Shown here piece after piece: positions 55,810 to 64,000 of a stretch of DNA of 64,000 nucleotides. The DNA is from a virus, in the IMG/VR virus record IMGVR_UViG_3300018962_000001, positions 121,705 to 185,704 of that record; one strand, 5' to 3'. A program made the position numbers and the translations under genes. Under the pieces are notes generated by a model. It made no database searches. It was not told the DNA's origin and was given only the letters and a program-made list of their open reading frames with translations. Numbering within the stretch: position 1 is the first letter of the stretch; each line of letters starts with the position of its first letter.

Positions 55810-56246
55810 GTGATTCATTGGTGTCGGAGGGAGCGTATCGGCATCCGCGTGGCGTCTATTTTGCGCACGAGTGGGATGCGTGGCGCAAGCGCGTTGTCGC
55901 CGCCCAGGAGGCCGTGAGTGCCGCCAATCGGGCAGCAGAGCGTGCTACGGAGGAGTATGATGCCGCGATGGCCGAGTATGCCGAACGGCTGGTGACGCGC
56001 TGGGCCACATATAGCGCGGGTGGGGTGCTGCCAGATGTCATCTATGCCCGGCTGCGGCAGGAGGGACATCCCGGCCAGCTCATTGCCGATAGCATCTGGT
56101 GGGTCTGGCGGCGACTCGATCGCGAGTTTTATGCCATCGAGCATATTACGGACGATCAGGCGCGGACAGGGTATGAACAGCTCGATCAGTTTCGCACGTG
56201 GTGGTCGATCGCCAATCGCTGTGCCGAACAGGAAGGCACCGCATGA
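55806..56246 (+). CDS. hypothetical protein
   Basis: GTGA-coupled, GAGGAGG RBS. Confidence 0.6.
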   Translation: MSDSLVSEGAYRHPRGVYFAHEWDAWRKRVVAAQEAVSAANRAAERATEEYDAAMAEYAERLVTRWATYSAGGVLPDVIYARLRQEGHPGQLIADSIWWVWRRLDREFYAIEHITDDQARTGYEQLDQFRTWWSIANRCAEQEGTA

Positions 56247-56722
56247 TTCTGCAAGTTGGGAATATGTGGGATATGTGGGATACTGCCGACCTGTTTCTCA
56301 TTACGACCAACAGCACGATCAAAAAGAACGGCGCGCTCGTGATGGGTCGCGGGATTGCGCACCAGGCACGCGACCGTTTTTCAGGGATCGATCATACGTG
56401 GGGCCAGCACATTGAGCAGCTGTGTGGACATCTCGGAGTCTATGGCCTGCTCATCAGCGCCGCGTGGCCCGACAAGAAGATTGGGGCGTTCCAGGTCAAA
56501 CAACATTTCCGCGATCGGGCAGATCCGGCGCTGATTGCCGCCAGTGCTGCTCGCCTGCGGGCGTGGTGTACGACTCATCCCCAGGCCACCGTGCATCTCA
56601 ACTTTCCCGGCATTGGGAATGGTCGTTTAGATCGATCGGTCGTCCTGCCCCTGCTTCATCGCTTACCGGATTCGGTAACGGTCTGGGAATTGCCCAAGGA
56701 GACTCACGATGACCCGGCCTGA
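56243..56722 (+). CDS. Macro-domain (ADP-ribose-binding/hydrolase) protein
   Basis: GNMWD...ITTNSTIKKNGALVMGRGIA...FQVKQHFRDRADPALI..S...VHLNFPGIGNGRLD. Confidence 0.75.
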   Translation: MILQVGNMWDMWDTADLFLITTNSTIKKNGALVMGRGIAHQARDRFSGIDHTWGQHIEQLCGHLGVYGLLISAAWPDKKIGAFQVKQHFRDRADPALIAASAARLRAWCTTHPQATVHLNFPGIGNGRLDRSVVLPLLHRLPDSVTVWELPKETHDDPA

Positions 56723-57050
56723 TTCCCCCATTGTCACCATTTCCGGCGATGTCAGCAGCCCGACAGAGGGGTCGGCTACCTATGCCATCGGAGCACTGCG
56801 CGGTGGGCCGGTTCGCCGGGTCTTTGTGTATGGTCCCGGCGAAGGGATGCCGCCCATGTTTGAAATGATCGGTGTCGTCCGTGGGCGCACCCCTGGGGAC
56901 GCAATCGCGACGTGGCTCCAAGATCGCTTTCGCGAGGCCAGGGAAATTCACGCCAGCATCTTCTGGCATCCGAAAAATGTCCAGCTGCGCCGATTTGTGT
57001 ACGATGTTCATATCCAGATTGCGGGAGAAGAACGCGATGCCACGATTTAA
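56709..57050 (+). CDS. hypothetical protein
   Basis: AAGGAG RBS. Confidence 0.55.
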   Translation: MTRPDSPIVTISGDVSSPTEGSATYAIGALRGGPVRRVFVYGPGEGMPPMFEMIGVVRGRTPGDAIATWLQDRFREAREIHASIFWHPKNVQLRRFVYDVHIQIAGEERDATI

Positions 57051-57345
57051 CCGCTCCAAGACCTTATTCCGGGTGTATCGATTGCTGTGCATTCCCTTGC
57101 CCCAAGGCGGCGGCGGCACGAAGTCTGCCGCAACGACCGGCTATGTATCCTTTAGCGAAGATATGCGCCATGCCTTGCCGCTGATTCAGGACGTGATCCG
57201 CCAGTGTTATCAAGGCGAGGATTACCAGGGATCGGTAGAGGAAACGTTAACCAAACTGGAAGCCTGGCATGCCGCGCGTACCCGTGCGAATTGGGATTTT
57301 GCCGGGTCTGGGTGGAAACAACGGGTGTCGGAGGACGGCCAATGA
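57037..57345 (+). CDS. hypothetical protein (paralog of next gene)
   Basis: MPRFNRSK...; shares a motif with 57342-57605. Confidence 0.6.
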   Translation: MPRFNRSKTLFRVYRLLCIPLPQGGGGTKSAATTGYVSFSEDMRHALPLIQDVIRQCYQGEDYQGSVEETLTKLEAWHAARTRANWDFAGSGWKQRVSEDGQ

Positions 57346-57605
57346 CGATTCAAGAAGCACTCCAACGACTCGGACGGGTGATCCGCATCCCGATTCACAA
57401 TGGCAGTAATCAGTATGCTGCCGACCTGATGTATGCCCTGCCAAAGATCGAAGCGGTTATTGATGAATGCTCTCGCAACACCCCCGATATGGAGATCATC
57501 GAGCAAACACTCCAGCTCATGGAACGCTGGCACGCCATCCGCGTCGAGGAGGGGTGGAGCTACCTGGGCGCGGGCATTGTGGGCGTGATCCGGCGCGCTC
57601 CCTGA
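57342..57605 (+). CDS. hypothetical protein (paralog of previous gene)
   Basis: GGAGG RBS, ATGA-coupled. Confidence 0.6.
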   Translation: MTIQEALQRLGRVIRIPIHNGSNQYAADLMYALPKIEAVIDECSRNTPDMEIIEQTLQLMERWHAIRVEEGWSYLGAGIVGVIRRAP

Positions 57606-57679
57606 TATTATTTCCGGTTGTGGCCCTCCGAGACGATTAACAGAGTGGGAGCCTTTTCCCGTCGTAGGAGTGTCACGAT

Positions 57680-57988
57680 ATGCCACGGAAACCAATCACG
57701 GAAATCCTGCGCGAAGTAACGGAGCAACTGGAGCGCGAAACCCCGGAAGAACGCGAGGCGCGGCATCGCGCGCAAATCCCTGGCGATCTGGTGTGTGAGT
57801 GGTTGATCCAGAAAGAGGACGAGCGGCAGGCACGCGAGTCAGGGACTCCCATCCCGACCCTGCGCCTGCACACCTTTGTCACCCGGTTATACCACCACTA
57901 CGGCCAGGAGGTGGCCCATGAGGTCGTCGAGTTGATCCTGCTCCATCACCAGATGACCGACTATGAAAGCCTCGAACCCGAAGTCTAG
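57680..57988 (+). CDS. hypothetical protein
   Basis: AGGAG RBS. Confidence 0.55.
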   Translation: MPRKPITEILREVTEQLERETPEEREARHRAQIPGDLVCEWLIQKEDERQARESGTPIPTLRLHTFVTRLYHHYGQEVAHEVVELILLHHQMTDYESLEPEV

Positions 57989-58353
57989 GTTTCGTCGCGG
58001 GGGCGCGTCTCGCCCGCCCGCTTACATGCCAGGAGCTGGCGCGCGGTATCAGTTGGCATCGATTCGATATGGAGATCATCGCCCACGACAACCGTGGGCG
58101 ATCGTTTCGTCCATCCCGCCACCAATGCTTCACCGAACGACTGCGCAAACGCCGCCGCCGCCGGATCATCGGCATCGAACCCGATCAGGACAATGGCGCG
58201 TGCCGACGAGACCACCTCGCGAATAGTTGTCCGCAGCCCCAACTGTTCTTCAAGCCACTGAATGCGCGCGTAGCAGCGCTCCAGATGGTCGTGTGCAGCC
58301 CGTTCTCCATCGGTTAAGGGACGGGCATCGGGCGGCCAGGTTGCTTCACTCAT
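57985..58353 (-). CDS. hypothetical protein
   Basis: GGAGG RBS and a minus-strand TTGCAC-16-TATACT promoter at ~58388-58415. Confidence 0.55.
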   Translation of the reverse strand: MSEATWPPDARPLTDGERAAHDHLERCYARIQWLEEQLGLRTTIREVVSSARAIVLIGFDADDPAAAAFAQSFGEALVAGWTKRSPTVVVGDDLHIESMPTDTARQLLACKRAGETRPRDET

Positions 58354-58432
58354 CGAATTAATCCTCCCTGATAGGCATACCAGGAGCAGTATAGCGACCT
58401 TTGGAATCTGTGCAATCTGCGCGATGTGCCTC

Positions 58433-58461
58433 TTGACATTCGCGTGTATATGCGCTATTCT
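58433..58461 (+). promoter_or_regulatory. sigma70-type promoter with shared spacer motif
   Basis: TTGACA-ttcgcgtgtatatgcgc-TATTCT. Confidence 0.7.
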
Positions 58462-58520
58462 ACCCTCATCGGAACCGCGTGACGAAGAAACGGGCCATAT
58501 ACGAAAGGACAGGAAGCCAC

Positions 58521-59600
58521 ATGGACAACATTCTCGGCGATCGCTTCATTATGCACGGGACGGATGAACGGGACAAAGCCTGGCACCGCAAGGGAAACAC
58601 CTTCACAAAGGATGTCATGTCAGCAATGGAAGCCTACGAGCGCCTGGGGCGCATGCCGGTTCGCCTGGTCCCACTGCAAACCGCGCCGGAGATCGCGCCT
58701 GATGGCAGCACCATCCCTGGGATCACGATCCCGAATCGGGCGATCATGCGCGGCCCGATCCCGGAGGACCAAACGGATGTGTGCTTCGGAGTCGTCGGGC
58801 CGGAGTATGTCCTCATCACCCCGGAGCAAGTCGCCCGTATCTGGGACGAGGTTTCAGGGCAGGGTCGAATCGAAACGATGGGCTTTCTGGGCCAGGGCGA
58901 GCGTCTGTTCGTCACGCGCAAGGAACGCCCGCTGGAAATCGACGGCGACGAGGTGGAGATGTACACGGTCCTCGACTCGCCGATGCAGCAGGGCTATAGC
59001 GCCCAGATCTTGATCACGCCCTGGCGAGTTGTCTGCCAAAATACGCTGATTGCAGCGATCGAAGGGGCACGCGAACGCTGGCAAATTGCCCACAGCGAGG
59101 GGGCACATATCAAGCTGATGGAATGGCTCTCGCTCGCCTTCGCGCGCACCGACGAGAAGGTTAACAACATCAAGACCGCCTTTGAAGCCCTGGCTGCCGG
59201 AGGCTCCTGCACGATCGAGGAGATCGAATACGTCGCGATCCAGACCTATCCCGATCCGAAAAAGCCCCGCCGCAACTGCCCGCCCGCGCAGTACACGCAG
59301 CGCATGGAAATCTTCGAGGACGTGCTGACTCGGCAGCGCAACCGGCGCGCGGCGGCGATCGAGTTTGCGCAGGGGAAGGGTGCAGGGCTGGCGGATCGCG
59401 CGATCACCCCCTGGGTCATCTATAATGCAATGGCCGAGCACGCCCAATACTGCTCATCCACACGGGGCAAGATCGGTGCGGACACGTTGTTCGGAGAGCG
59501 GGCAAAGTGGATCGCGAATGCCTTTAACGCATCGATGGATCTGGTGACGGGCAAGCGGCACGCGACTCCCGAAGTCGAAATGGCCGCGCTCGCCAACTAG
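58521..59600 (+). CDS. DUF932-family phage/plasmid protein
   Basis: AWHRKG...FGVVGPEY...IETMGFLGQGERLFV...TPWRVVCQNTL..A...H...TPWVIYNAMAE. Confidence 0.8.
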   Translation: MDNILGDRFIMHGTDERDKAWHRKGNTFTKDVMSAMEAYERLGRMPVRLVPLQTAPEIAPDGSTIPGITIPNRAIMRGPIPEDQTDVCFGVVGPEYVLITPEQVARIWDEVSGQGRIETMGFLGQGERLFVTRKERPLEIDGDEVEMYTVLDSPMQQGYSAQILITPWRVVCQNTLIAAIEGARERWQIAHSEGAHIKLMEWLSLAFARTDEKVNNIKTAFEALAAGGSCTIEEIEYVAIQTYPDPKKPRRNCPPAQYTQRMEIFEDVLTRQRNRRAAAIEFAQGKGAGLADRAITPWVIYNAMAEHAQYCSSTRGKIGADTLFGERAKWIANAFNASMDLVTGKRHATPEVEMAALAN

Positions 59601-59609
59601 AATCGCTCT

Positions 59610-59636
59610 GGGGGGAAGCAACCTCTCGCTTCCCCC
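59610..59636 (+). terminator. terminator-like hairpin
   Basis: GGGGGAAGC...GCTTCCCCC after the DUF932 stop; weak U-tract. Confidence 0.45.
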
Positions 59637-59668
59637 ACCGTATCTCTCCTTAAGAGAAAGGAATCGCT

Positions 59669-60250
59669 ATGTTAAGCTTCATGCACCGCTGGATTGGCCT
59701 GCTGCTCGTACTCCTGATGCTGGCCGCTTGCGGCACGAACAACGCCCCGCCACCACAAAGTGATGCGCGCGGGACGAGCTGGAATGTCTCAACCTTCGGC
59801 GGTGATCTCGCCGTCGATGTCGATCGCGCCTACTACCGGATTGAAGGCGAGGTGATTGGGGAGCTGCGCGATCTGGAGCGCTATCGCAGCAGCAGTTCCT
59901 TTACTGCCGTGAATGGGGTTGCGTCCGGCTCCAGTTGGAGTGAAACAGACGGAAAAGGGTTTGTCCGGGTGCGTGTCTCTCGGATCGAACCCGCAGCGCC
60001 CCATATCGGCACGGTCGAGCAAGTGCTCCTGCTCAAATCCACGGATAGCAAGATTAAGGCGGTCTTGCCCGGCGATCGGGTGACCTTTATCTGCCGGGCG
60101 AATTTTGAAGCGGTTGCCCCCGTCCTCGTCGATCAGGTGTACACCGCCGAGGATAAAGAGCAAGGCGGCGTATGGGAATTCGATTACTGCCGTATGGACA
60201 CGCCGCAGCTGGGCGTTCCCGACCCCACCCCCACCATCCCCAAGGAGTAA
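59669..60250 (+). CDS. predicted lipoprotein
   Basis: Signal peptide with lipobox LLMLAAC-G. Confidence 0.75.
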   Translation: MLSFMHRWIGLLLVLLMLAACGTNNAPPPQSDARGTSWNVSTFGGDLAVDVDRAYYRIEGEVIGELRDLERYRSSSSFTAVNGVASGSSWSETDGKGFVRVRVSRIEPAAPHIGTVEQVLLLKSTDSKIKAVLPGDRVTFICRANFEAVAPVLVDQVYTAEDKEQGGVWEFDYCRMDTPQLGVPDPTPTIPKE

Positions 60251-60319
60251 CGACTCAATCCACACACGGAAGGGGGGATCATCACGATCCCCCCTCGGCT
60301 TGCTGAAAGGAAGAACGCG

Positions 60320-61057
60320 ATGCCTAAATATCACACGGCACACGATACGCTGCGCACCAAGAACCAGCTTCACGTGGTAGGGCACTGTCCAATCTCGCAC
60401 AAGCGCCAGTTTGCTGCCTTGGAACCGGCGACCAGCGAGGCCAAGCGACTCAGCGACGAGTCCGGGTATGTCATCCTTCCCTACCAAGCAGTGTGTTGCC
60501 CGTATTACCACGTCGGCAAGCAGCGGTGTCCCCGTTGTTCGGGGTATCTGAAGCTGGCAGGCCATGTGTGCCCCAATCCTGATATGACCGTGCCACCACG
60601 CGGCTTCGATCTAGCCGATCTTCCCGCGATTGACTCCGAGTATGCTGCGCTGGGCGCGCAGCTCACGGCCCTTTCACGCGATCTCGCGCAGATTCGCCAG
60701 GGCATTCTCGATCCGGCGCTCCGGGCGGGCCAGCCCGTGGCGGTGTATCGGGCAATGGCAATCGCTGAATGTGAGCGAATCAAAGATCGCCGCCGGGAGC
60801 TTCAGCCGATTCGCCATCGCCTCCATCAGTTTCGCGACTATCAGGCAAAAGTCGCGCGGATCAGCACGTGGAGCGCCGATCCCCCGGATCTCGCCGACAC
60901 CCGTGATCTCCTCATGCAGATTCGGACCTATTTTGCCATCCGTGAGATCGAGGGCGATCTCACGCCTGTGGAACAGGCACTCCGAACGGCAATCTCACGC
61001 TGGCTTGTGGCAAATCAGCCCCCCGACCCACTGGAAGCTGCCGATGAAGCCCCTTGA
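60320..61057 (+). CDS. hypothetical protein with a Cys/His cluster and coiled coil
   Basis: CCPYYHVG..RCPRC...HVC; AAGGAAG RBS. Confidence 0.6.
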   Translation: MPKYHTAHDTLRTKNQLHVVGHCPISHKRQFAALEPATSEAKRLSDESGYVILPYQAVCCPYYHVGKQRCPRCSGYLKLAGHVCPNPDMTVPPRGFDLADLPAIDSEYAALGAQLTALSRDLAQIRQGILDPALRAGQPVAVYRAMAIAECERIKDRRRELQPIRHRLHQFRDYQAKVARISTWSADPPDLADTRDLLMQIRTYFAIREIEGDLTPVEQALRTAISRWLVANQPPDPLEAADEAP

Positions 61058-61082
61058 CTTGCGCGCCGGAATACGCTAAGAT
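61054..61082 (+). promoter_or_regulatory. sigma70-type promoter with shared spacer motif
   Basis: TTGACT-tgcgcgccggaatacgc-TAAGAT. Confidence 0.65.
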
Positions 61083-61110
61083 GAGTGAGTAGCAAGACAG
61101 GAGCGCACGT

Positions 61111-61764
61111 ATGACATATCCACTCACGCAGGAGGGACCGGCGGCGGCGGGCCGGTATCTGACACGCGAGGAAGCCCGGCAGATCTACCACCAGTACGAC
61201 TCGGAGCATACCGCCCTGAAGGGTCAGATCGATCGTCTCAGCGAGTGTGTGCTGGCACGCGAGATCGCTGAAGGGGCAGCGGCGGCGGTTCGCTTTGCCG
61301 ATGATCTGACCTCTGACCCGTGGACCGGATTCTTTCTGTCGGTTGCGGAGCAACCGACGCGGTTTCCCGGCGTCTTTTGCAATGCCCGCTGCGAGGCAGA
61401 GGGACGAATCGCGTATCCCGACAAGTCCGATGCCGCGTGGCATGGCGCGCAAACGGGACATTGCCATGCCCCGACCTGCGGCCAATGGGATGTACGGCAC
61501 GAGGCTCCGTTATGGAGTCCCCAGAACCCCATCTATCTGATCGTGCGGCACCGCAGCGCGGCGCTGGACTATCTGGATGGCTATGCCGTGATCGCCGCGC
61601 GCGTGGGAGCCTTCCTGATCGCCGCTGTGCGGCCCCAGGATGCCGTCTATTGCCGCGACCGCATGATCAGCGGTATCCGGGTGCTGGGCGCGCGCGAGTT
61701 CTTTCCCACGCTCGCCACGGCGGTCACGGTGGCGGCGGGGCTGGATCGGTTTGAAAGAGTCTAA
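61111..61764 (+). CDS. hypothetical protein
   Basis: AGGAG RBS after promoter. Confidence 0.6.
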   Translation: MTYPLTQEGPAAAGRYLTREEARQIYHQYDSEHTALKGQIDRLSECVLAREIAEGAAAAVRFADDLTSDPWTGFFLSVAEQPTRFPGVFCNARCEAEGRIAYPDKSDAAWHGAQTGHCHAPTCGQWDVRHEAPLWSPQNPIYLIVRHRSAALDYLDGYAVIAARVGAFLIAAVRPQDAVYCRDRMISGIRVLGAREFFPTLATAVTVAAGLDRFERV

Positions 61765-61765
61765 C

Positions 61766-62083
61766 ATGGTACAGCCATTTACCGAGAAAACTCCTGCCCA
61801 CACGATTGCGCAGGAACCATTGTCGGAGCAGCGCCAGAGTGATCAAAGCATTGTGATTGTTGCCGCGCGCCGCCTCCTGCGAATCTCGCCCTATCCGTGG
61901 ACCTTTCGCCGATGTACACCGGGAAGTCAAGTCGTCGAGTTTCAAGCCCTGATCCCAGGGGACGGCGTGATTGCGACCTATTACCCGTTTACACGGCTCA
62001 TCACCTTCGCGTTCATGTCCGGGTTACAGGCGCGGATTGAGTTTACCGCGCCGCTGGAGCCGGACTCAACCGGCACTAGCTAA
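61766..62083 (+). CDS. hypothetical protein
   Basis: Starts 1 nt after the upstream stop. Confidence 0.5.
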   Translation: MVQPFTEKTPAHTIAQEPLSEQRQSDQSIVIVAARRLLRISPYPWTFRRCTPGSQVVEFQALIPGDGVIATYYPFTRLITFAFMSGLQARIEFTAPLEPDSTGTS

Positions 62084-62096
62084 AAGGAGCGTGTGC

Positions 62097-62507
62097 ATGT
62101 CGACTCAGGATGATCTGATCCCACCACGATCCAAGGAGCGATTCCTGGTTCAGTTTGAATCTACCCGTGAGGAAGTGGACGCCCTGCTGCGGTTGCTCGC
62201 TTGCGCGCCATCGATTGTGTCGATCGTCGATCCCGACAGCTTCCATCTTCTGCGCATCGAACCAGCCGTGCATAGCGCGCTCCTCCTCCCTCTGCCGCTG
62301 GATGGGCCGACCGTGCCATCCTTGGAGCTGTATCAGCTTGAAATGCAGCTCGCGCAGGCGCGGCAGAACGCCTGGGAGTCGCTGACGCGCTCGGTAGCGG
62401 AGGCGGATCGCAACGCCGCCTTCGAGGCGCTGGAACGGGCGCGAGTCGCCTACGATCAAGCACTGGGGCGACTTCCAGGCCGCGAAGCACCTGAGGAGTC
62501 CCGATGA
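62097..62507 (+). CDS. hypothetical protein
   Basis: AAGGAG RBS. Confidence 0.55.
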   Translation: MSTQDDLIPPRSKERFLVQFESTREEVDALLRLLACAPSIVSIVDPDSFHLLRIEPAVHSALLLPLPLDGPTVPSLELYQLEMQLAQARQNAWESLTRSVAEADRNAAFEALERARVAYDQALGRLPGREAPEESR

Positions 62508-62977
62508 AACCACCCCTGTTTGACGAGCCGCCCCCAGTTGACGAGCCGCCGCCGGATCTCAGCCTTGCACTCCGGCAGGTGGCGGCCTGGGAGCAGATCG
62601 CCGCCGCCGCCGCCGGGAGGGTTGCCATTCTCCGGGCAATCTTCGTTCTTCTCATCCTGTATATCTTGATGTACGGGTACTTCCTCTCTCCAAGCGCCGA
62701 CGATCTGCGCATTCAAACCCTGCCCGGCGCAACCTGCGTCTGGATTGAAGGCCAAATGCGACTTACGATGCAGTGCGTCCCGAATGGTCGGGCCACGATT
62801 CCATCACAGGAGGAGACCCCCGATGACTCTGTCCCGATGGGGCGAACTAACCACCGTTCAGGTAGCCTACTTTCGCACGGGCGATCACCCCTGGACGGCG
62901 CTGGACGGACCGATTGCCACGAGCGCAGAGTCGGACTCTGCGCTCGTGGGGACCGTCATTGCCGGGTTGTCGATTGA
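62504..62977 (+). CDS. membrane protein (one TM helix)
   Basis: AILRAIFVLLILYILMYGYFL; ATGA-coupled; 3' end overlaps the next gene. Confidence 0.5.
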   Translation: MKPPLFDEPPPVDEPPPDLSLALRQVAAWEQIAAAAAGRVAILRAIFVLLILYILMYGYFLSPSADDLRIQTLPGATCVWIEGQMRLTMQCVPNGRATIPSQEETPDDSVPMGRTNHRSGSLLSHGRSPLDGAGRTDCHERRVGLCARGDRHCRVVD

Positions 62978-63836
62978 GCCATTTTCGACCGATGAGCTGG
63001 AGCGGCTCGTCGACGCAGCGGAGATGCCCGCACCCTCCGAAGCCAGTCCTCTGCGACTGTGCGGCTGTTGCGGGGCGGTATTAAGCGGATCGCCGCCGTT
63101 TGATCCGGTCTGGTGGCAAGGTGGCGAACTCTGGTGGTTGGCCGACCAAGACTATGGCACCGTGGAAACCGCCTGGGACGAGGCGACCGGCCTGCTGTTG
63201 TGCGACGCGGCACGATTCGAGATCGCGGCGATCGCCTGGGGATCGACCGATGAGCCAGGAAACGGTCCCAGCTATCTCGCCACAGAGATCGGGAATGTCA
63301 GTATGCGCGACCTGTTTGCGCCGTTTCTCGGGGATCTGAAGGTCGCTGCCGATTGGGTCCGCTGGCGGCGCGGTGAAGGGCGCGATCGGTTCGTCAGCTT
63401 CGTGGTCTTGTGGGAATGTTCCCAGGAGATCGGAGGCGGCTATTTTGGCGATGATTGGGAGGTGGCGGTGGATTTCGTCGGGATTGTGCGGCCCACACGC
63501 ACCGGCCTCGATGTGATCCCTCCCGCCCAGTACGATACACGAGGAGGACCGCAGATGCAAATTACAACCCAGCGCCGATCCGGCGATTGGATGGCGTGCC
63601 TGGATGGGGATCTCACCAAGTTTGAAACCGGACGGACGGAGGAGGAGGCGGTTGGGACGCTGATTCGGACTCGTGCCGCCGAAGTGCCCGATCATACCGT
63701 GATCCAAACGCAGCTGACCAACTGGCGGGCAAGCCGGGCGGGCGTGGCGGTGCTCGGAGCGGAGGCGATCGCCTCCGGCAGCGTCCAGATCCGGCGGCTT
63801 CCTCCCGAATCGGGTGGAACTGGAGCCCCACGATGA
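62823..63836 (+). CDS. hypothetical protein (possibly two fused genes)
   Basis: AGGAGG RBS before MTLSRW; second in-frame GAGGAGG+ATG at 63555. Confidence 0.55.
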   Translation: MTLSRWGELTTVQVAYFRTGDHPWTALDGPIATSAESDSALVGTVIAGLSIEPFSTDELERLVDAAEMPAPSEASPLRLCGCCGAVLSGSPPFDPVWWQGGELWWLADQDYGTVETAWDEATGLLLCDAARFEIAAIAWGSTDEPGNGPSYLATEIGNVSMRDLFAPFLGDLKVAADWVRWRRGEGRDRFVSFVVLWECSQEIGGGYFGDDWEVAVDFVGIVRPTRTGLDVIPPAQYDTRGGPQMQITTQRRSGDWMACLDGDLTKFETGRTEEEAVGTLIRTRAAEVPDHTVIQTQLTNWRASRAGVAVLGAEAIASGSVQIRRLPPESGGTGAPR

Positions 63837-64000
63837 GCACCGAGACTCCCGATTCCTTGGATCTGTTGCGCCATTGGCCGACCCCGTGGACCGTTCGCCC
63901 CGTAACCCGGTATCACATTGGACTCTATGATGCCGTGGGAAAGCTGGTGCTATCCGCAGAAACGAGTCACCAGACCTTGCTGCTCAGTCTCATCGCTACC
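63833..64000 (+). CDS. hypothetical protein, truncated by the window end
   Basis: ATGA-coupled; MSTETPDSLDLLRHWPTPW... open to the edge. Confidence 0.5.
   Translation, partial: MSTETPDSLDLLRHWPTPWTVRPVTRYHIGLYDAVGKLVLSAETSHQTLLLSLIAT

Noticed and set aside
8140..62615. Scattered (GCC)n/(GGC)n runs
   Set aside because: They lie within CDSs as Ala, Arg or Pro codon runs and show no array structure.

Overview
The window is part of a large, GC-rich tailed (siphovirus-like) phage or prophage genome. No integrase, terminase, portal or clear endolysin is visible. Left arm (1-8.1 kb, + strand): 3' end of a DNA methyltransferase, five tRNAs (Ser-CGA, Arg-TCT, Asp-GTC, Arg-GCG, Ile-GAT), an orphan HigA-like antitoxin, DUF4031, HAD-like and YciF/DUF892 genes, and many small ORFs. 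Centre (8.1-54.2 kb, - strand): virion module with scaffold, decoration and major capsid proteins, head-tail proteins, tail tube, tail chaperone with a -1 frameshift signal, a tape measure protein carrying M23 and transglycosylase domains, and four very large tail/adsorption proteins. Right arm (54.4-64 kb, + strand): probable early genes, including Macro-domain, DUF932 and lipoprotein genes. The most striking feature is a ~4 kb island (35.7-39.65 kb) between the tail chaperone and tape measure genes. It holds a solo RAMP/Cas7-like gene and an HNH nuclease flanked by non-coding arrays of GG(Y)NN pentamer tracts separated by covarying hairpins, plus a stand-alone promoter-tract-terminator unit and a divergent HTH regulator. 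This is a candidate non-CRISPR RNA-guided system (VIPR-like). All protein calls come from motif recognition by eye; no database searches were run.
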